A stretch of 64,000 bases of DNA. Origin: an uncultured delta proteobacterium (lineage in GTDB: Bacteria; Myxococcota_A; Polyangia; Palsa-1104). The stretch's first letter is position 1; the number at the start of each line of letters is the position of its first letter. The stretch spans positions 1 through 64,000 of the forward strand of contig CAWAWS010000013.1 in assembly GCA_963785725.1 (NCBI GenBank), in the 5' to 3' direction. Shown here piece by piece: positions 36,636-48,820 of this stretch. The position numbers and the translations under genes are program-made. A model generated the notes under the pieces. The model was not told where the DNA came from. It saw only the letters and a list, made by a program, of their open reading frames with translations, and did not search any database.

Positions 36636-37148
36636 ATGCGTGACCTCCTGCTGCTCGCCGTCTCCGTGCTCGCGACCACCGGCTGTCGTCCTCTGGAAGC
36701 GTGCGGCGGTTGCGCCGCCTACGAGAGTTGCGACACCGCCAGCAACCAGTGCGTCTTGAACGACGGCGCGCGCTTCGACCTCGAGGCCGTCGACGGCAAC
36801 GTGCCCGGCGACGACTGGGATCCGTTCTTCGGCCCGCCCGATCCCTACATTTGCGTCAGCGGTCAGAGCAGCGCCGAGCAGTGCACGACGGTGAAATCGG
36901 ACACGCACACGCCGACGTGGAACCAGGTGCTGCTCAGCGATCTCGACGGCGCGGCGCTCTTGAGCGAGCCGCTCGCCTATCGCTACGAAGACTCCGACCT
37001 CGACTCCGACGATCTCATCTGCGAAGGGCCGCTGACGCTCGAGAACGAGTGGGTCAACAAGGGCGGCTTCAGCTTCCGCTGCAGCAACGGCAGCTACGCC
37101 AACTTCGCGCTGCACAACACGGTCGTCGGCACGCCCGTCGCACCTTAA
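36636..37148 (+). CDS. Lipoprotein with Cys-rich module and C2-like Ca2+-binding domain
   Basis: LATTGC lipobox; DDWDPFFGPPDPYI, DTHTPTWNQ, YEDSDLDSDDLI. Confidence 0.7.
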   Translation: MRDLLLLAVSVLATTGCRPLEACGGCAAYESCDTASNQCVLNDGARFDLEAVDGNVPGDDWDPFFGPPDPYICVSGQSSAEQCTTVKSDTHTPTWNQVLLSDLDGAALLSEPLAYRYEDSDLDSDDLICEGPLTLENEWVNKGGFSFRCSNGSYANFALHNTVVGTPVAP

Positions 37149-39797
37149 GCCGCAGCGTCGGCCGGCAGCGAGACCGTGAAGGTCGTGCCTTGGCCGACGG
37201 TGCTGTCGACGGCGATCGTGCCGCCGTGGCGCTCGACGATGCCGTGCACGATCGACAAGCCGAGCCCCGAGCCTTCGCCGACATCCTTGGTCGTGAAGAA
37301 CGGATCGAAGATGCGCGACAACGTCTCCGGCGGAATGCCGGGCCCGTCGTCGGCGACGGTGATGACCGCTTTGCCGTCGCGGCGCTCGGTGGCGATGCGA
37401 ATGGTGCCGCCCGAGCGACCGTGGCCGGCGAGCGCCTGCGCGGCGTTGGTCAAGAGGTTCATGAACACTTGGTGCAGCTGGCCGGCGTGACCGCGCACGC
37501 GACCGACGTCGCCATATTGCCGCTCGACGTGGATGCCGTTCTTCAGATGGTGACGCAGAAGATCGAGCGAGTCATCGATGCCGCGCTGGAGATCGACGTC
37601 GACGAGCCGATCGTCATCGCCGCGCGAATAGTTGTGCAGCGCCTGGACGATCTCTTTGGTGCGGCGCGCGCCGCGCTGGATGACGCGGATCATCTCCGAC
37701 ACGTCGGCGCGAATGTCGGCGGGAATCGTCGAGTCCGACAGCGTCGTTTCCAGCGGCCCGACCGTGTTGACGACGGCGTTGACCGGGTTGTTGATCTCGT
37801 GCGCGATGCCGGCGACGAGGCGACCCATCGACGCCATCTTCTCCGAGCGCACCAGCTCGTCCTGCGCGCGCCGCAGCTGCATCGAGCGCCTCGGCGATCT
37901 CGCGGTTACGCCGCTCGAGCTCGGCCGTGCGGCGCGCCACTTCGTGCTCGAGCGAGAGGTTGATCTCCGTCGACGAACGCAGCTTCTCGTTGAGCGCGCG
38001 CCGCATCTCCTCGAACGCGAAGGTCAGGCGCCCGACCTCGTCCGCCTCGCCCGACGACGACACGACCGGCCGATTCAAGTCGCCGCGCGCCATCGCGTCG
38101 GCGCGCCGCTCGAGCTCGCGGATCGGCTGCGTCAGATCGGTGGCGACGAGGATGACGAGCCCCATCGACACCAACAAGAGCACGACGAAGAAGTAGATGA
38201 GCACCTTGACCTGCGGCGCCAGATCGGGGCCGCGACCGCGATAACCGGGCAAGAGGACGGCGATGCTGCCGTAGTCTTGGTTGCCCAAGTACAAGCGCGA
38301 GTAGGCGCCGGTGAGCGAGTTGTTGGCCAGCTCCATGGCGCCACGATCGAGGCGGCGCATGAGCGCCTCGCCCGTCCACGGCAAGCGCGGCGGGCCGCGC
38401 CGACCGCCGCCGAGCGCGATCGGCCGCGCCTCGGCCGCCGGCGGCAAGTAATAGACGACCGCTTCGTCCTGCAAGCTGCCTTTGGGCGCCTTCCAGCGCA
38501 CGGCGTCTTGCAGCACCTCGAGGATCTGCTCTTGCGACGGCGGACCTTGTCGCGCGGCCCGCTCGCGCAGCTCGGCCAAGGTCGAGTCGAGGCGCAGCTC
38601 GCCTTCGCGGCCGATGAACCCCGTCGCCATCGTTTTGTACTGCATATACGAGAGGAACAGCGACATGCCGCAGGCGAAGAACGTGAGCGCGCCGAAGCCG
38701 GCCAGCATCTTCGAGCGCAACGACAGCGGCGTCGCGATCGTGTCCGGCGGCGGACGATGGCGCGCCGAGATGTGCACGAGAAACGGCCGCATCGTCGCGC
38801 GGTGCCACAAGGCTTCGTAGAGCGCGGCGCCGATGGTGACGACGACGGCGGCGCCGCACATGAGCGCCGCGTTCTCGAGGTCCATGCCGAAGACGAGCAC
38901 GCCTTGCAACACCAAGAGCAGCTCGGCCACGAGCCAGAAGGCCACTTTCGCCAGCGCCAGCTTGTACGGCAGCGCCTGCGCCGTGCGATAAGCGAGGACG
39001 GCGCGCGGATCGTCGCGCAGCGGCTGATCCGACGGTCGCGGCGAGAGCGCGGCCGCCAAGTAGGCGTCGATCGAGCGTGGCACGGCGCGCAAATAGAGCC
39101 ACCAGCCGACCGAGAGCACGACCATCGTCAGCGGGAAGTAGGTCTCGAGCCGCACATACTGCTCGAGGTTGACCGGGATGAAGTAGTAGGTGAACGCGGC
39201 GATGCCGAAGATGCCGAGCGTTCCCGTCGCCAGCGCGGCCAGCGACAGGCGCATGCGATAGGAGTCGGCGAAGGCGCGCAGCGCGTCGGAGTCGGCGAGC
39301 AGCGCGTCGCGAACGCCGTCGAGGATGCGGGCGTAGGCGAGCGCGCGGAAGACGGCCACGCCCGAGGCGTGCGCGGTGGCGACAGAGACGACGGTGAAGA
39401 CGGCGAAGATGGGAAAGCCGGCGCGTAAATGCAGCGTGATGGCGACGATGCTGGCGCCGATCGACCACAAGGCGACGCGCAGGATGAGCGCGCGGCGCGG
39501 GAAGGCCAAGAGCGCGGCCAAGGCTTCGGCGCGCGTCTCGGAGTCGAGCGTCTCGCCGTTGAGGCGGCGGCGACAGGCGCGCGCGAGCGGCGCGCGCCAG
39601 ACGCGCGTGACGACGAGCCACGTGGCCAGGCCGGCGAACCAGACGGTGGCGACGACGCGCGGCATGAGCGCCCACTGCCGCTCGTCGAGGCTGAAGAAGA
39701 ACATGAGCGGCGTGAACACGACGGCCAGCTCGGCGAAGAGCAGGAGCACGTCGGGCACGAGCAGGCGGCGAGCGAACTTCAGCGCGTCATTGGACAT
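37145..39797 (-). CDS. Multi-TM HAMP sensor histidine kinase (NtrB-type); apparent frameshift near 37883
   Basis: Many TM segments, HAMP (PIREL...DEVGRL..AFEEM), EKMASMG.LVAGIAHEINNP, NLLTNA, DDGPGI, PFFTTK, GSGLGL. Confidence 0.9.
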
Positions 39798-39830
39798 CGA
39801 CGCGCGGAGTATATGCTGCCGTAGGAGTTA

Positions 39831-41162
39831 GGGCCCGCGAATGCACAAGTCGACCGTTCAACCTTGTGCGTCACGCGGCTTGATCACGTAGTTCCAGTCA
39901 CCGTGGAAGTCGTGCCTGTCGATCTTGATCTCCCGCAGTTCCTTCGCCGTGACCTTCTTGCCAATTGGATAGTTGCGACGATCGAGCCGCGCACTCACCA
40001 CGAGCCCGCCGACGTTCGTCGTGTTACCGATGAGGTTGATGATCGTCTCGTACGACCGCAGCGGTCGCCCTCGCCAGTTGATCGATATGAACGAAAACAG
40101 TCGGTGCTCGACCTTGTTCCACTTGCTGGTGCCCGGCGGAAAATGGCTGACGTGGACTGCCAACCCGATCTTATCTGCCAGTCGCTGCAACTGCTGCTTC
40201 CAGACGTGTGACCGATAGCTGTTACTGCCGCCAGAATCGGCGGTGATAAAGATGTCTCGCGCCTTCGGATATCGCTTCTGGCCGACGCGGTTCCACCATG
40301 CCTCAATGGAAGTCACCGCGAATACCGGCGTGTCGTGGTCGACTCCCACGCTCACGAAGCCATCGTTGGCGGCCACATCGTAGACGCCGTACGGGATCGC
40401 TTTGCCCACTGCGTCCGAGGGAAAGTCGTGTACGTCCACCAACTCCGGTTCTCCTTTGGGCTGCCATTCGCGCCCGCCGTTCTTGAAGTTGCCGACCAAC
40501 TCTTTCTTCTTCGTGTCGACGGAGATCACCGGCACGCCACGCTCGACGCACGCTCGAGCCTTCGCGTTGATGTGCTCGAACTGCGCGTTGCGGTCTGGAT
40601 GCTGCGCTCCCTCGACCGATTTGTTCGGTGCCTGCAGGCTATAGCCGTGGCTGCGGAGCAATTTAGCCACGGTCCGGTCACTGACCCGAATCATGTGTTG
40701 GGCGAACAACTCGGCTGACAGCACTTGCGTACTTTTGCTCGTCCACCGCAGCGGCGACTCCGGATCGCCCCGCGTGACCGGATCAATGAGCCTTTCGAGC
40801 GCTGGCCATACCGTCGGATGCGCGACTTCGAACGGTCGCTTCCCGTTGCTGCGCCGGACCTTGACCACGTCCTCTGGGCGCGCGCCGGCGCGGGCTTCGT
40901 CGCGACCCTTGCGCACGGTGCTGATCGCCATTCCCGTCGCCCGCGCCACAGCGGCCACACCTCCGTAGCCAATGGCGCCTGCCTCGGCGCCGGCCCACAG
41001 TCGACGCGCCCGCTCGTCCATCGTCGGCTTCAACAGTCGCCACTTCTGACGAACCAGCTCTTCGGTGCCCACCCTGAAGGTAGATCACGCCCGGTTGTCC
41101 TTGTCGATCCTGCGCGCGACCTTTATTCGCACAACTCGATCGACTCAGCCATTCGCGGGCCC
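39831..41162 (-). mobile_element. ISAzo13-family insertion sequence (1332 bp) with TIRs and TTA target duplication
   Basis: TIR GGGCCCGCGAATG perfect for 13 bp (21/26 extended); TTA at 39828-39830 and 41163-41165. Confidence 0.92.
39858..41072 (-). CDS. tnp: ISAzo13-family (Rhodopirellula-type) DDE transposase
   Basis: DERARRLWA, RGDPESPLRWT.KS, HPDRNAQF, SVDTKKKELVG, HDFP, ADSGGSN, PPGTSKWNKVEHRLFS. Confidence 0.95.
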   Translation of the reverse strand: MGTEELVRQKWRLLKPTMDERARRLWAGAEAGAIGYGGVAAVARATGMAISTVRKGRDEARAGARPEDVVKVRRSNGKRPFEVAHPTVWPALERLIDPVTRGDPESPLRWTSKSTQVLSAELFAQHMIRVSDRTVAKLLRSHGYSLQAPNKSVEGAQHPDRNAQFEHINAKARACVERGVPVISVDTKKKELVGNFKNGGREWQPKGEPELVDVHDFPSDAVGKAIPYGVYDVAANDGFVSVGVDHDTPVFAVTSIEAWWNRVGQKRYPKARDIFITADSGGSNSYRSHVWKQQLQRLADKIGLAVHVSHFPPGTSKWNKVEHRLFSFISINWRGRPLRSYETIINLIGNTTNVGGLVVSARLDRRNYPIGKKVTAKELREIKIDRHDFHGDWNYVIKPRDAQG

Positions 41163-41759
41163 TTAACGCCGCAGGTAGGACAGGAAGTCGTCGTGCGGGC
41201 GGGCGATGAGCTCGCGGCCGAGCTGCACGGCGGTCGGCGTCGCGTGCTCGGCGGCCAAGAGCGCGGCTTCGACGTCGGCGTGCTCGCCGGCGAGGATGAA
41301 GTAGGCTTTGCCGCCGAGCCCGTCGCCGAGGCGCAGCTCGGTCAACACGATCTCGGCCGCTTTGCAGGCGGCGTCGGCGGCCAGCAGCGACGCGGCGATG
41401 CTCGAGGTCTCGAAGATGCCGAGCGCGTCGCCGTCGCGCGGCGGCGCCGGCGTCTCGCGCAGCGCGGCCAAGACTCCGTCGGCGGCTTGCGGCAGCTGCA
41501 GCCGGTCGACGAGCAGCCCGCCGGCGGTCGTGAGCGCGATCGCCATCGCCTCTTCCACCGACGCCACGTCGCCGGAGATGAGGATGACGTGCTTGCCCGA
41601 CGACACCGGCCGCGCCAAGACCAGCTCGACCGGCGCCTTCTTGACCATCTGGTCGGCGACGGCGAGCCCGCGCGCGACGCTCGACGTCTCGATGACGCCC
41701 AACGCCGGCCCGGAGACGTTCGCGCCCTGCCCTTGCCGGCGCTGGAAAGGTCCCGACAA
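41163..41759 (-). CDS. BMC-T shell trimer, PduT/BMC-T1-like tandem BMC domains
   Basis: ALGVIETSS.ARG...AD...K and ALGIFETSS......AADAACKAA...LGGKAY, IARPH. Confidence 0.9.
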   Translation of the reverse strand: MSGPFQRRQGQGANVSGPALGVIETSSVARGLAVADQMVKKAPVELVLARPVSSGKHVILISGDVASVEEAMAIALTTAGGLLVDRLQLPQAADGVLAALRETPAPPRDGDALGIFETSSIAASLLAADAACKAAEIVLTELRLGDGLGGKAYFILAGEHADVEAALLAAEHATPTAVQLGRELIARPHDDFLSYLRR

Positions 41760-41760
41760 C

Positions 41761-42333
41761 CTAGCCTTCGAGCTTGAAGAGGCGCAGCTTGTCGGCGGCC
41801 AATTCGGCGGCGTCGGTCTCGATCGCGGCCGGCCGCTTGTCGGGCGACTTCACGCCCTCGTAAGTGCCGGCGTCGATGAGGTTCGACACGTTGCGCCGCG
41901 TCGCCAGCGCGGTGACGCGGAACGCCTGGTTCACCGGCTGGCCGAGCACGTCGTAGAAGCGCAGCTTGTCGGTGCCCAACTCGCCGGCCAAAAGATTGCC
42001 CGACGCGACGCCGATGCAGTAGTCGAGCACCGGCATCTTGCGCGCGCCGCTCTGGTCGACGAACGCCTGGCGCTGGCTGACCGCCGCCGCCACCGCTTCC
42101 AGCGCGTGCAGGCGATGATCGCCGCCGATGAAGACGCCGAGCACCGCGTCGCCGACGAACTTGACGATGCGACCGCGATGGGCCTCGATGATCTCGCCGA
42201 CGTGCTCGTAGAAGCGGCTCAACGCCAGGCTCAGCTCGACCGGGCCGAGCTCGGCGACGATGGGCGCGAAGTTGCGCACGTCCGCCACGAGCACCGACGC
42301 ATCCACTTCTTGCAGTAGCAGCTCATGCGCCAT
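41761..42333 (-). CDS. Stand-alone class III adenylate/guanylate cyclase domain protein (190 aa)
   Basis: VLVADVRNF, IVKFVGDAVLGVF, IGVASG, FYDVLGQPVNQAFR; own AGGAGAG RBS and ATG at 42333. Confidence 0.88.
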   Translation of the reverse strand: MAHELLLQEVDASVLVADVRNFAPIVAELGPVELSLALSRFYEHVGEIIEAHRGRIVKFVGDAVLGVFIGGDHRLHALEAVAAAVSQRQAFVDQSGARKMPVLDYCIGVASGNLLAGELGTDKLRFYDVLGQPVNQAFRVTALATRRNVSNLIDAGTYEGVKSPDKRPAAIETDAAELAADKLRLFKLEG

Positions 42334-42344
42334 GATGTTCTCTC

Positions 42345-43843
<1,499 letters not shown>

Positions 43844-43917
43844 CGGCAACCTCCTCGGCACAGCCTCGGAGTGGCATCTCGCCTCGCGCGGCTCGGCTCG
43901 CGGAATGCCATGCGCGA

Positions 43918-44213
43918 CTAAGAATTGCCTTCGAGTAGCGGGCGGCGCCTTCGATCGCGATCTCGTCGACGATGGCCATGATGGTGGCGTCGACCGGGCG
44001 GTCCTTGGTGACCTTGGTCTGCCGCGCCGACGAGCCCGACGCGTAGAGCACGACCTCGCCCACGCCCGCGCCGACCGCGTCGACGGCGACGATGGGCGCG
44101 CCGTTCGGCTTGCCATCGACGTCGCAGGCGCGCACCAAGAGGAGCTTGAGCCCGACGAGCTCGTCCTCTTTGCGGGACGCCGTGACCGTCCCGACGACCT
44201 TGCCCAGGACCAT
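43918..44213 (-). CDS. BMC-P vertex pentamer (EutN/CcmL family); probable 1-bp error near 43930
   Basis: [44 protein letters not shown]. Confidence 0.93.
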
Positions 44214-44222
44214 GACGGCGAC

Positions 44223-44544
44223 TTAGCGGGAGCCGCCCGACGACGTCTTGCCGCCGGACGCTTCGCCCGGCGCGACCGAGCGGCAGGATGAGATCGATGT
44301 TGGCGTGCGGGCGCGGAATGACGTGCACCGAGACCAGCTCGCCGACGCGCTCGGCCGCGCGCTGCCCGGCTTCGGTCGCCGCTTTGACCGCCGCGACGTC
44401 GCCGCGCACGATGGCGGTGACGTAGCCGCCGCCGATCTTCTCGTAGCCGACGAGCTCGACCTGCGCCGCCTTCACCATCGCGTCGGCGGCCTCGACCATG
44501 CCCACGAAGCCCTTCGTCTCGATCATTCCGAGTGCGTCAGCCAT
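44223..44544 (-). CDS. BMC-H shell hexamer (EutM/PduA/CcmK family); probable indel error near 44270
   Basis: ALGMIETKG...[35 protein letters not shown]. Confidence 0.95.
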
Positions 44545-44581
44545 TGTCCGTCCTTGTCTCTGCTACGAGAGTTGCGAGAAA

Positions 44582-45220
<639 letters not shown>

Positions 45221-45261
45221 GAGCCCGGCAACGTATCAAAGCGACCAGTGGCAATCAATAG

Positions 45262-47397
45262 ATGATGGCGCGTCGTCTCTTGCGTGCGTGGCCGGCGATC
45301 CTCGTCGTGGCGGCGATCGCTTGGCAATATCGCGCGCCGCTCGTCGGTCGCGTCTGGTACTTCGAGGACATCGCCGCCTACTTCGTGCCGCTCTATGCGG
45401 CCGCCGCGCGCGCCATGCATGGCGGCGGCTTTCCGACGTGGGACTCGGGCGCGTGGGCGGGACAGCCGCTGGTCGGCGATCCGCAGGTCGGCTGCTTCTA
45501 TCCGCCCAACTGGCTGTGGCTGCTGCTGTCGCCGGCGCGGCTCTACGCCTGGCTGCAGCTGTTCCACATCGCCGTCGGTGCCGCGGGCATGTGGGCGCTG
45601 GCGCGGACGCGCGGTCGCTCGCCGGAAGCGGCGGCGCTGGCGGCGCTGACGCTGACCTTGGGCGCGTTCTGCGTGCTCGAGCTGCGCCACGCCATGTTCG
45701 TGGCGACGACGGCGTGGCTGCCGTGGCTGTGGTGGGCGACCGAGCGCTGGCAGTCGCACCAGCGGCGCGACGAGGTCTTGGCAATCGCGCTCACCGGCGG
45801 CGCGGCCATCTTGGCGGGCGGCTGGTCGATGCTGCCGTTCGCGCTCGAGCTCATGCTGATCGTGACCGCCGCGCGCACGCTGGCGACGCCGCGCGCCGGA
45901 CGCAGCCGCTTCGTCGTCGGCGTCGTCCTCGGCGGCGCCGGCGCCGTCGCGCTGGCCATGGCGCAGCTGCTGCCGGCGCTGGCCCATGCGCGCCTGTCGC
46001 CGCGCGCGCTCGGCGCCACCTACGAGTTCGCGTCGAGCTACTCGTGGCCATCGTGGCGCTACCTGGTGACGCTGGCGCTGCCGACGTTCTACGGCGACGA
46101 CGCGCGCCACACCTATGTCGGCGCCAGCGATCAGTGGGAGCTGTGCGGCTACGGCATCGGCCTCGTGGCGACGCTGCTGGCGCTGGCGTCGCTGATCGAG
46201 CGCGAGCGGCGCTACGAACGGATCGCGATCTTCGCGGCCACGCTCGTGGCCTGCGAGCTGGCGCTGGGCGGGCACGGCTTTTTGCACCCGCTGCTCTTTC
46301 GCGCGCACATTCTGTCGTCGCTGCGCTGCCCGGCGCGCGCGCTCTATCTCTGGACGCTGGCGGCGCCGCTGCTCGCCGCCGATGGGCTCGACGCCGTGAC
46401 GGCGCGGCTGCCGGCGCGCGCCAAGATCGTCGTCCCCGCGCTGCTCTTGTGCGCGGTCGCGGGCGAGCTCGGCTACACCTGGCGCGCCGAGAATCCGACG
46501 ATGACGCTGGCGCAAGCGGACGCGCATCCGCCGGCGATCGATTGGCTGCGCGAAGGCCACAAGCCCGATCGCGTCATCAACGACGTGCACTTGCCGCAGC
46601 CCTTCCACAACATGGGGCTGCGCTGGCGGCTCGACGCGGCGGGCGGCTATTCGTCGCTGCCGATCTGGCGCTACTTGCACCTCTTGTGGATCGCCAATCA
46701 CGGCAAGCCCTACCCGCACGCGCAGCTCAACGACGACCTGACGGCGCAAGGGCTGTGGCGCTTTTCGTCGCCGATCGTCGATCTGCTGGGCGTGCGGCGC
46801 GTGTTGACGGCGCACGATCGACCGATCACGGCCAAGCAGTTCCACCTCGTCTACACCGGCGCCGACGGCCTCGACGTGTGGGAGAACATCGATGCCTTCC
46901 CGCGCGCCTATGTCGTCTATCGCGCGCAGGTCGTCGCCGACGAGCCGGCGGCCGCGCTCGCGGTGGCGTCGCCGACGTGGCGGCCGAGCCGCGTGGCCAT
47001 CGTCGAGCCCTTGCCGTCGGGCGAGCCGCCGGCGCCGGGCGTGCCGGCGCCGTCGCCGACCGAGGCGCTGCCCGATCCCGCGACCGTGCGCGAGCTGTTC
47101 CGCATCGGGCCGACGCGCTTCGAGATCGAGGCCGAGCTGAGCCAACCGGGCATCCTCGTCGTCGGTGAGCCGTGGTATCCGGGCTGGCGCACCACGGTCG
47201 ACGATCGACCGGCGCCGCTCTTGCGCGTCGACTATGCGCTGCGCGGCGTGGCGCTGACAAAGGGCGTGCATCGCATCACGATGGAGCTGTCGAACGTGCC
47301 GATGCAGATCGGCGGCGCCATCACGGCGTTGACCTTGATCACGATCGCGCTTCTCGCCGGTCGGCCGCGCCGGCGTCGTCGTAAAGCCGCTTCGTGA
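45262..47397 (+). CDS. YfhO-family multi-TM membrane protein (GT-C-like)
   Basis: D...YFVP, W......G.P, FYPPN, FPRAY, E.WYPGW...VD, V.YALRGV...G.H. Confidence 0.82.
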   Translation: MMARRLLRAWPAILVVAAIAWQYRAPLVGRVWYFEDIAAYFVPLYAAAARAMHGGGFPTWDSGAWAGQPLVGDPQVGCFYPPNWLWLLLSPARLYAWLQLFHIAVGAAGMWALARTRGRSPEAAALAALTLTLGAFCVLELRHAMFVATTAWLPWLWWATERWQSHQRRDEVLAIALTGGAAILAGGWSMLPFALELMLIVTAARTLATPRAGRSRFVVGVVLGGAGAVALAMAQLLPALAHARLSPRALGATYEFASSYSWPSWRYLVTLALPTFYGDDARHTYVGASDQWELCGYGIGLVATLLALASLIERERRYERIAIFAATLVACELALGGHGFLHPLLFRAHILSSLRCPARALYLWTLAAPLLAADGLDAVTARLPARAKIVVPALLLCAVAGELGYTWRAENPTMTLAQADAHPPAIDWLREGHKPDRVINDVHLPQPFHNMGLRWRLDAAGGYSSLPIWRYLHLLWIANHGKPYPHAQLNDDLTAQGLWRFSSPIVDLLGVRRVLTAHDRPITAKQFHLVYTGADGLDVWENIDAFPRAYVVYRAQVVADEPAAALAVASPTWRPSRVAIVEPLPSGEPPAPGVPAPSPTEALPDPATVRELFRIGPTRFEIEAELSQPGILVVGEPWYPGWRTTVDDRPAPLLRVDYALRGVALTKGVHRITMELSNVPMQIGGAITALTLITIALLAGRPRRRRRKAAS

Positions 47398-47410
47398 TAG
47401 CATCCGAGGC

Positions 47411-48820
47411 GTGCAGCTCATCGTCGGCCGAGACGGCGATTACCCGACGCTGGCGACGGCGCTGGCAGCGGCCGACGAAGGCGCGCGCATCGTCGTGCGT
47501 CCCGGCAGCTATGACGAAGACGAGCTGCGCCTCGATCGCGCGCTGATGATCGTCGGCGACGGGCCGCCCGACAGCGTCGTCATCCGCGCGTCGTTCACGA
47601 TCACCGCCGCCGCCGAGCTGCGCGACTTCACCATCGACCGCTCGCGCGGCTCGGCGCTGCACGTGCGCGGCGGCGCGCCGCACGTCACGCGCGTCATCGT
47701 CCGCGACGCGACCCACGTCGGGCTGCTCGTCGCCGCCGGCGGTCGCGGCCGCTTCGAAGCGGTCGAGATCAGCGGCTCCGGCTGGTCCAACGTCGAAGTG
47801 CGCGACGACGGCAGCGATCCCGAGCTGTGCCACTGCCGCATCCACGACGGCAAGCGCGGCGGCCTCTACGTCCACGACTCGGCGCGCGGCCGCTTCGACG
47901 ACTGCGACATCTCCGGCCACGCGCTCGCCAACTTGTTCATCCAAAGCGGCGCCGATCCGTTGTTGCGCCGCTGCCACATCCGCGACGGCAAAGAGGGCGG
48001 CTTGATGGCGCTCGACGGCGGCAAAGGCACGCTCGACGGCTGCGAGATCTTCGCCAACGCGCTCTCCAACGTCGAGCTGCGCGAAGAGGCCGAGACCAAG
48101 CTCGTGCGCTGCACCTTGCGCAACGGCCGCGGCAGCGGGCTCTACGCGCATTCGCACGCGCGCGGCGAGCTCGTCGACTGCGCGATCATGGGTCACCAGC
48201 GCGCCGGCGCGCTGGTGCAATCGGGCGCGACGCCGGCCTTGCGCGGCTGCAGCATCAGCGGCAATCGCGACAGCGGCCTCGTCTTCGATCGCTCGGGCGG
48301 CGGCGAGGTCATCGACTGCAGCATCAGCGACAACCCGAAAGCGGGCATCGAAGTGCGCGACGGCGCCGATCCGTTCGTGCAGCGCTGTCACATCGAAGGC
48401 GCGCAAGCCGCCGGCATCGAAGCCGAAGAGGGCGGGCGCGGCCGCTTCGAAGACTGCACGCTCGCGCGCATCGGCGCCGCCGGCGTCGCCGTCGGCAGAA
48501 ACGCCGCGCCCATCTTGCGCCGCTGCACCATCGACGCCGCGCTCGTCGGCGTCTCGGTCGTGGCGTCGGGCGGCGTCACCGTCGAGGATTGCACCGTCAT
48601 CGGGCGCGCCGTCGCCGCCGTCAGCGTGCGCGGCCGCGCCATCGTCAGCCTCGCCGGCTCGTCGCTGCGCGGCGGCCGCTTCGGCATCTTCGTCGACGAA
48701 CAAGGGGGAGGCATCGTGGAAAGCTGCGTCATCATCGGCCGGGATCGCGCGTTCGTGCGCGGCGCGAGCGACTGGGTCGAGCGCGACAACGAAGAGTTCG
48801 TGCGCGAGGTGGCGGCGTGA
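47411..48820 (+). CDS. Right-handed parallel beta-helix repeat protein
   Basis: YPTL..AL, VRPG.Y.E, then repeated units of about 23 aa (P.L..C.I.DG..GG..V). Confidence 0.85.
   Translation: MQLIVGRDGDYPTLATALAAADEGARIVVRPGSYDEDELRLDRALMIVGDGPPDSVVIRASFTITAAAELRDFTIDRSRGSALHVRGGAPHVTRVIVRDATHVGLLVAAGGRGRFEAVEISGSGWSNVEVRDDGSDPELCHCRIHDGKRGGLYVHDSARGRFDDCDISGHALANLFIQSGADPLLRRCHIRDGKEGGLMALDGGKGTLDGCEIFANALSNVELREEAETKLVRCTLRNGRGSGLYAHSHARGELVDCAIMGHQRAGALVQSGATPALRGCSISGNRDSGLVFDRSGGGEVIDCSISDNPKAGIEVRDGADPFVQRCHIEGAQAAGIEAEEGGRGRFEDCTLARIGAAGVAVGRNAAPILRRCTIDAALVGVSVVASGGVTVEDCTVIGRAVAAVSVRGRAIVSLAGSSLRGGRFGIFVDEQGGGIVESCVIIGRDRAFVRGASDWVERDNEEFVREVAA

Noticed and set aside
41761..42333. Cyclase as a Pycsar or CBASS-type defence component
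   Set aside because: It has ATP-type Lys/Asp specificity residues, and no cyclic-nucleotide-binding TIR or TM effector is adjacent.
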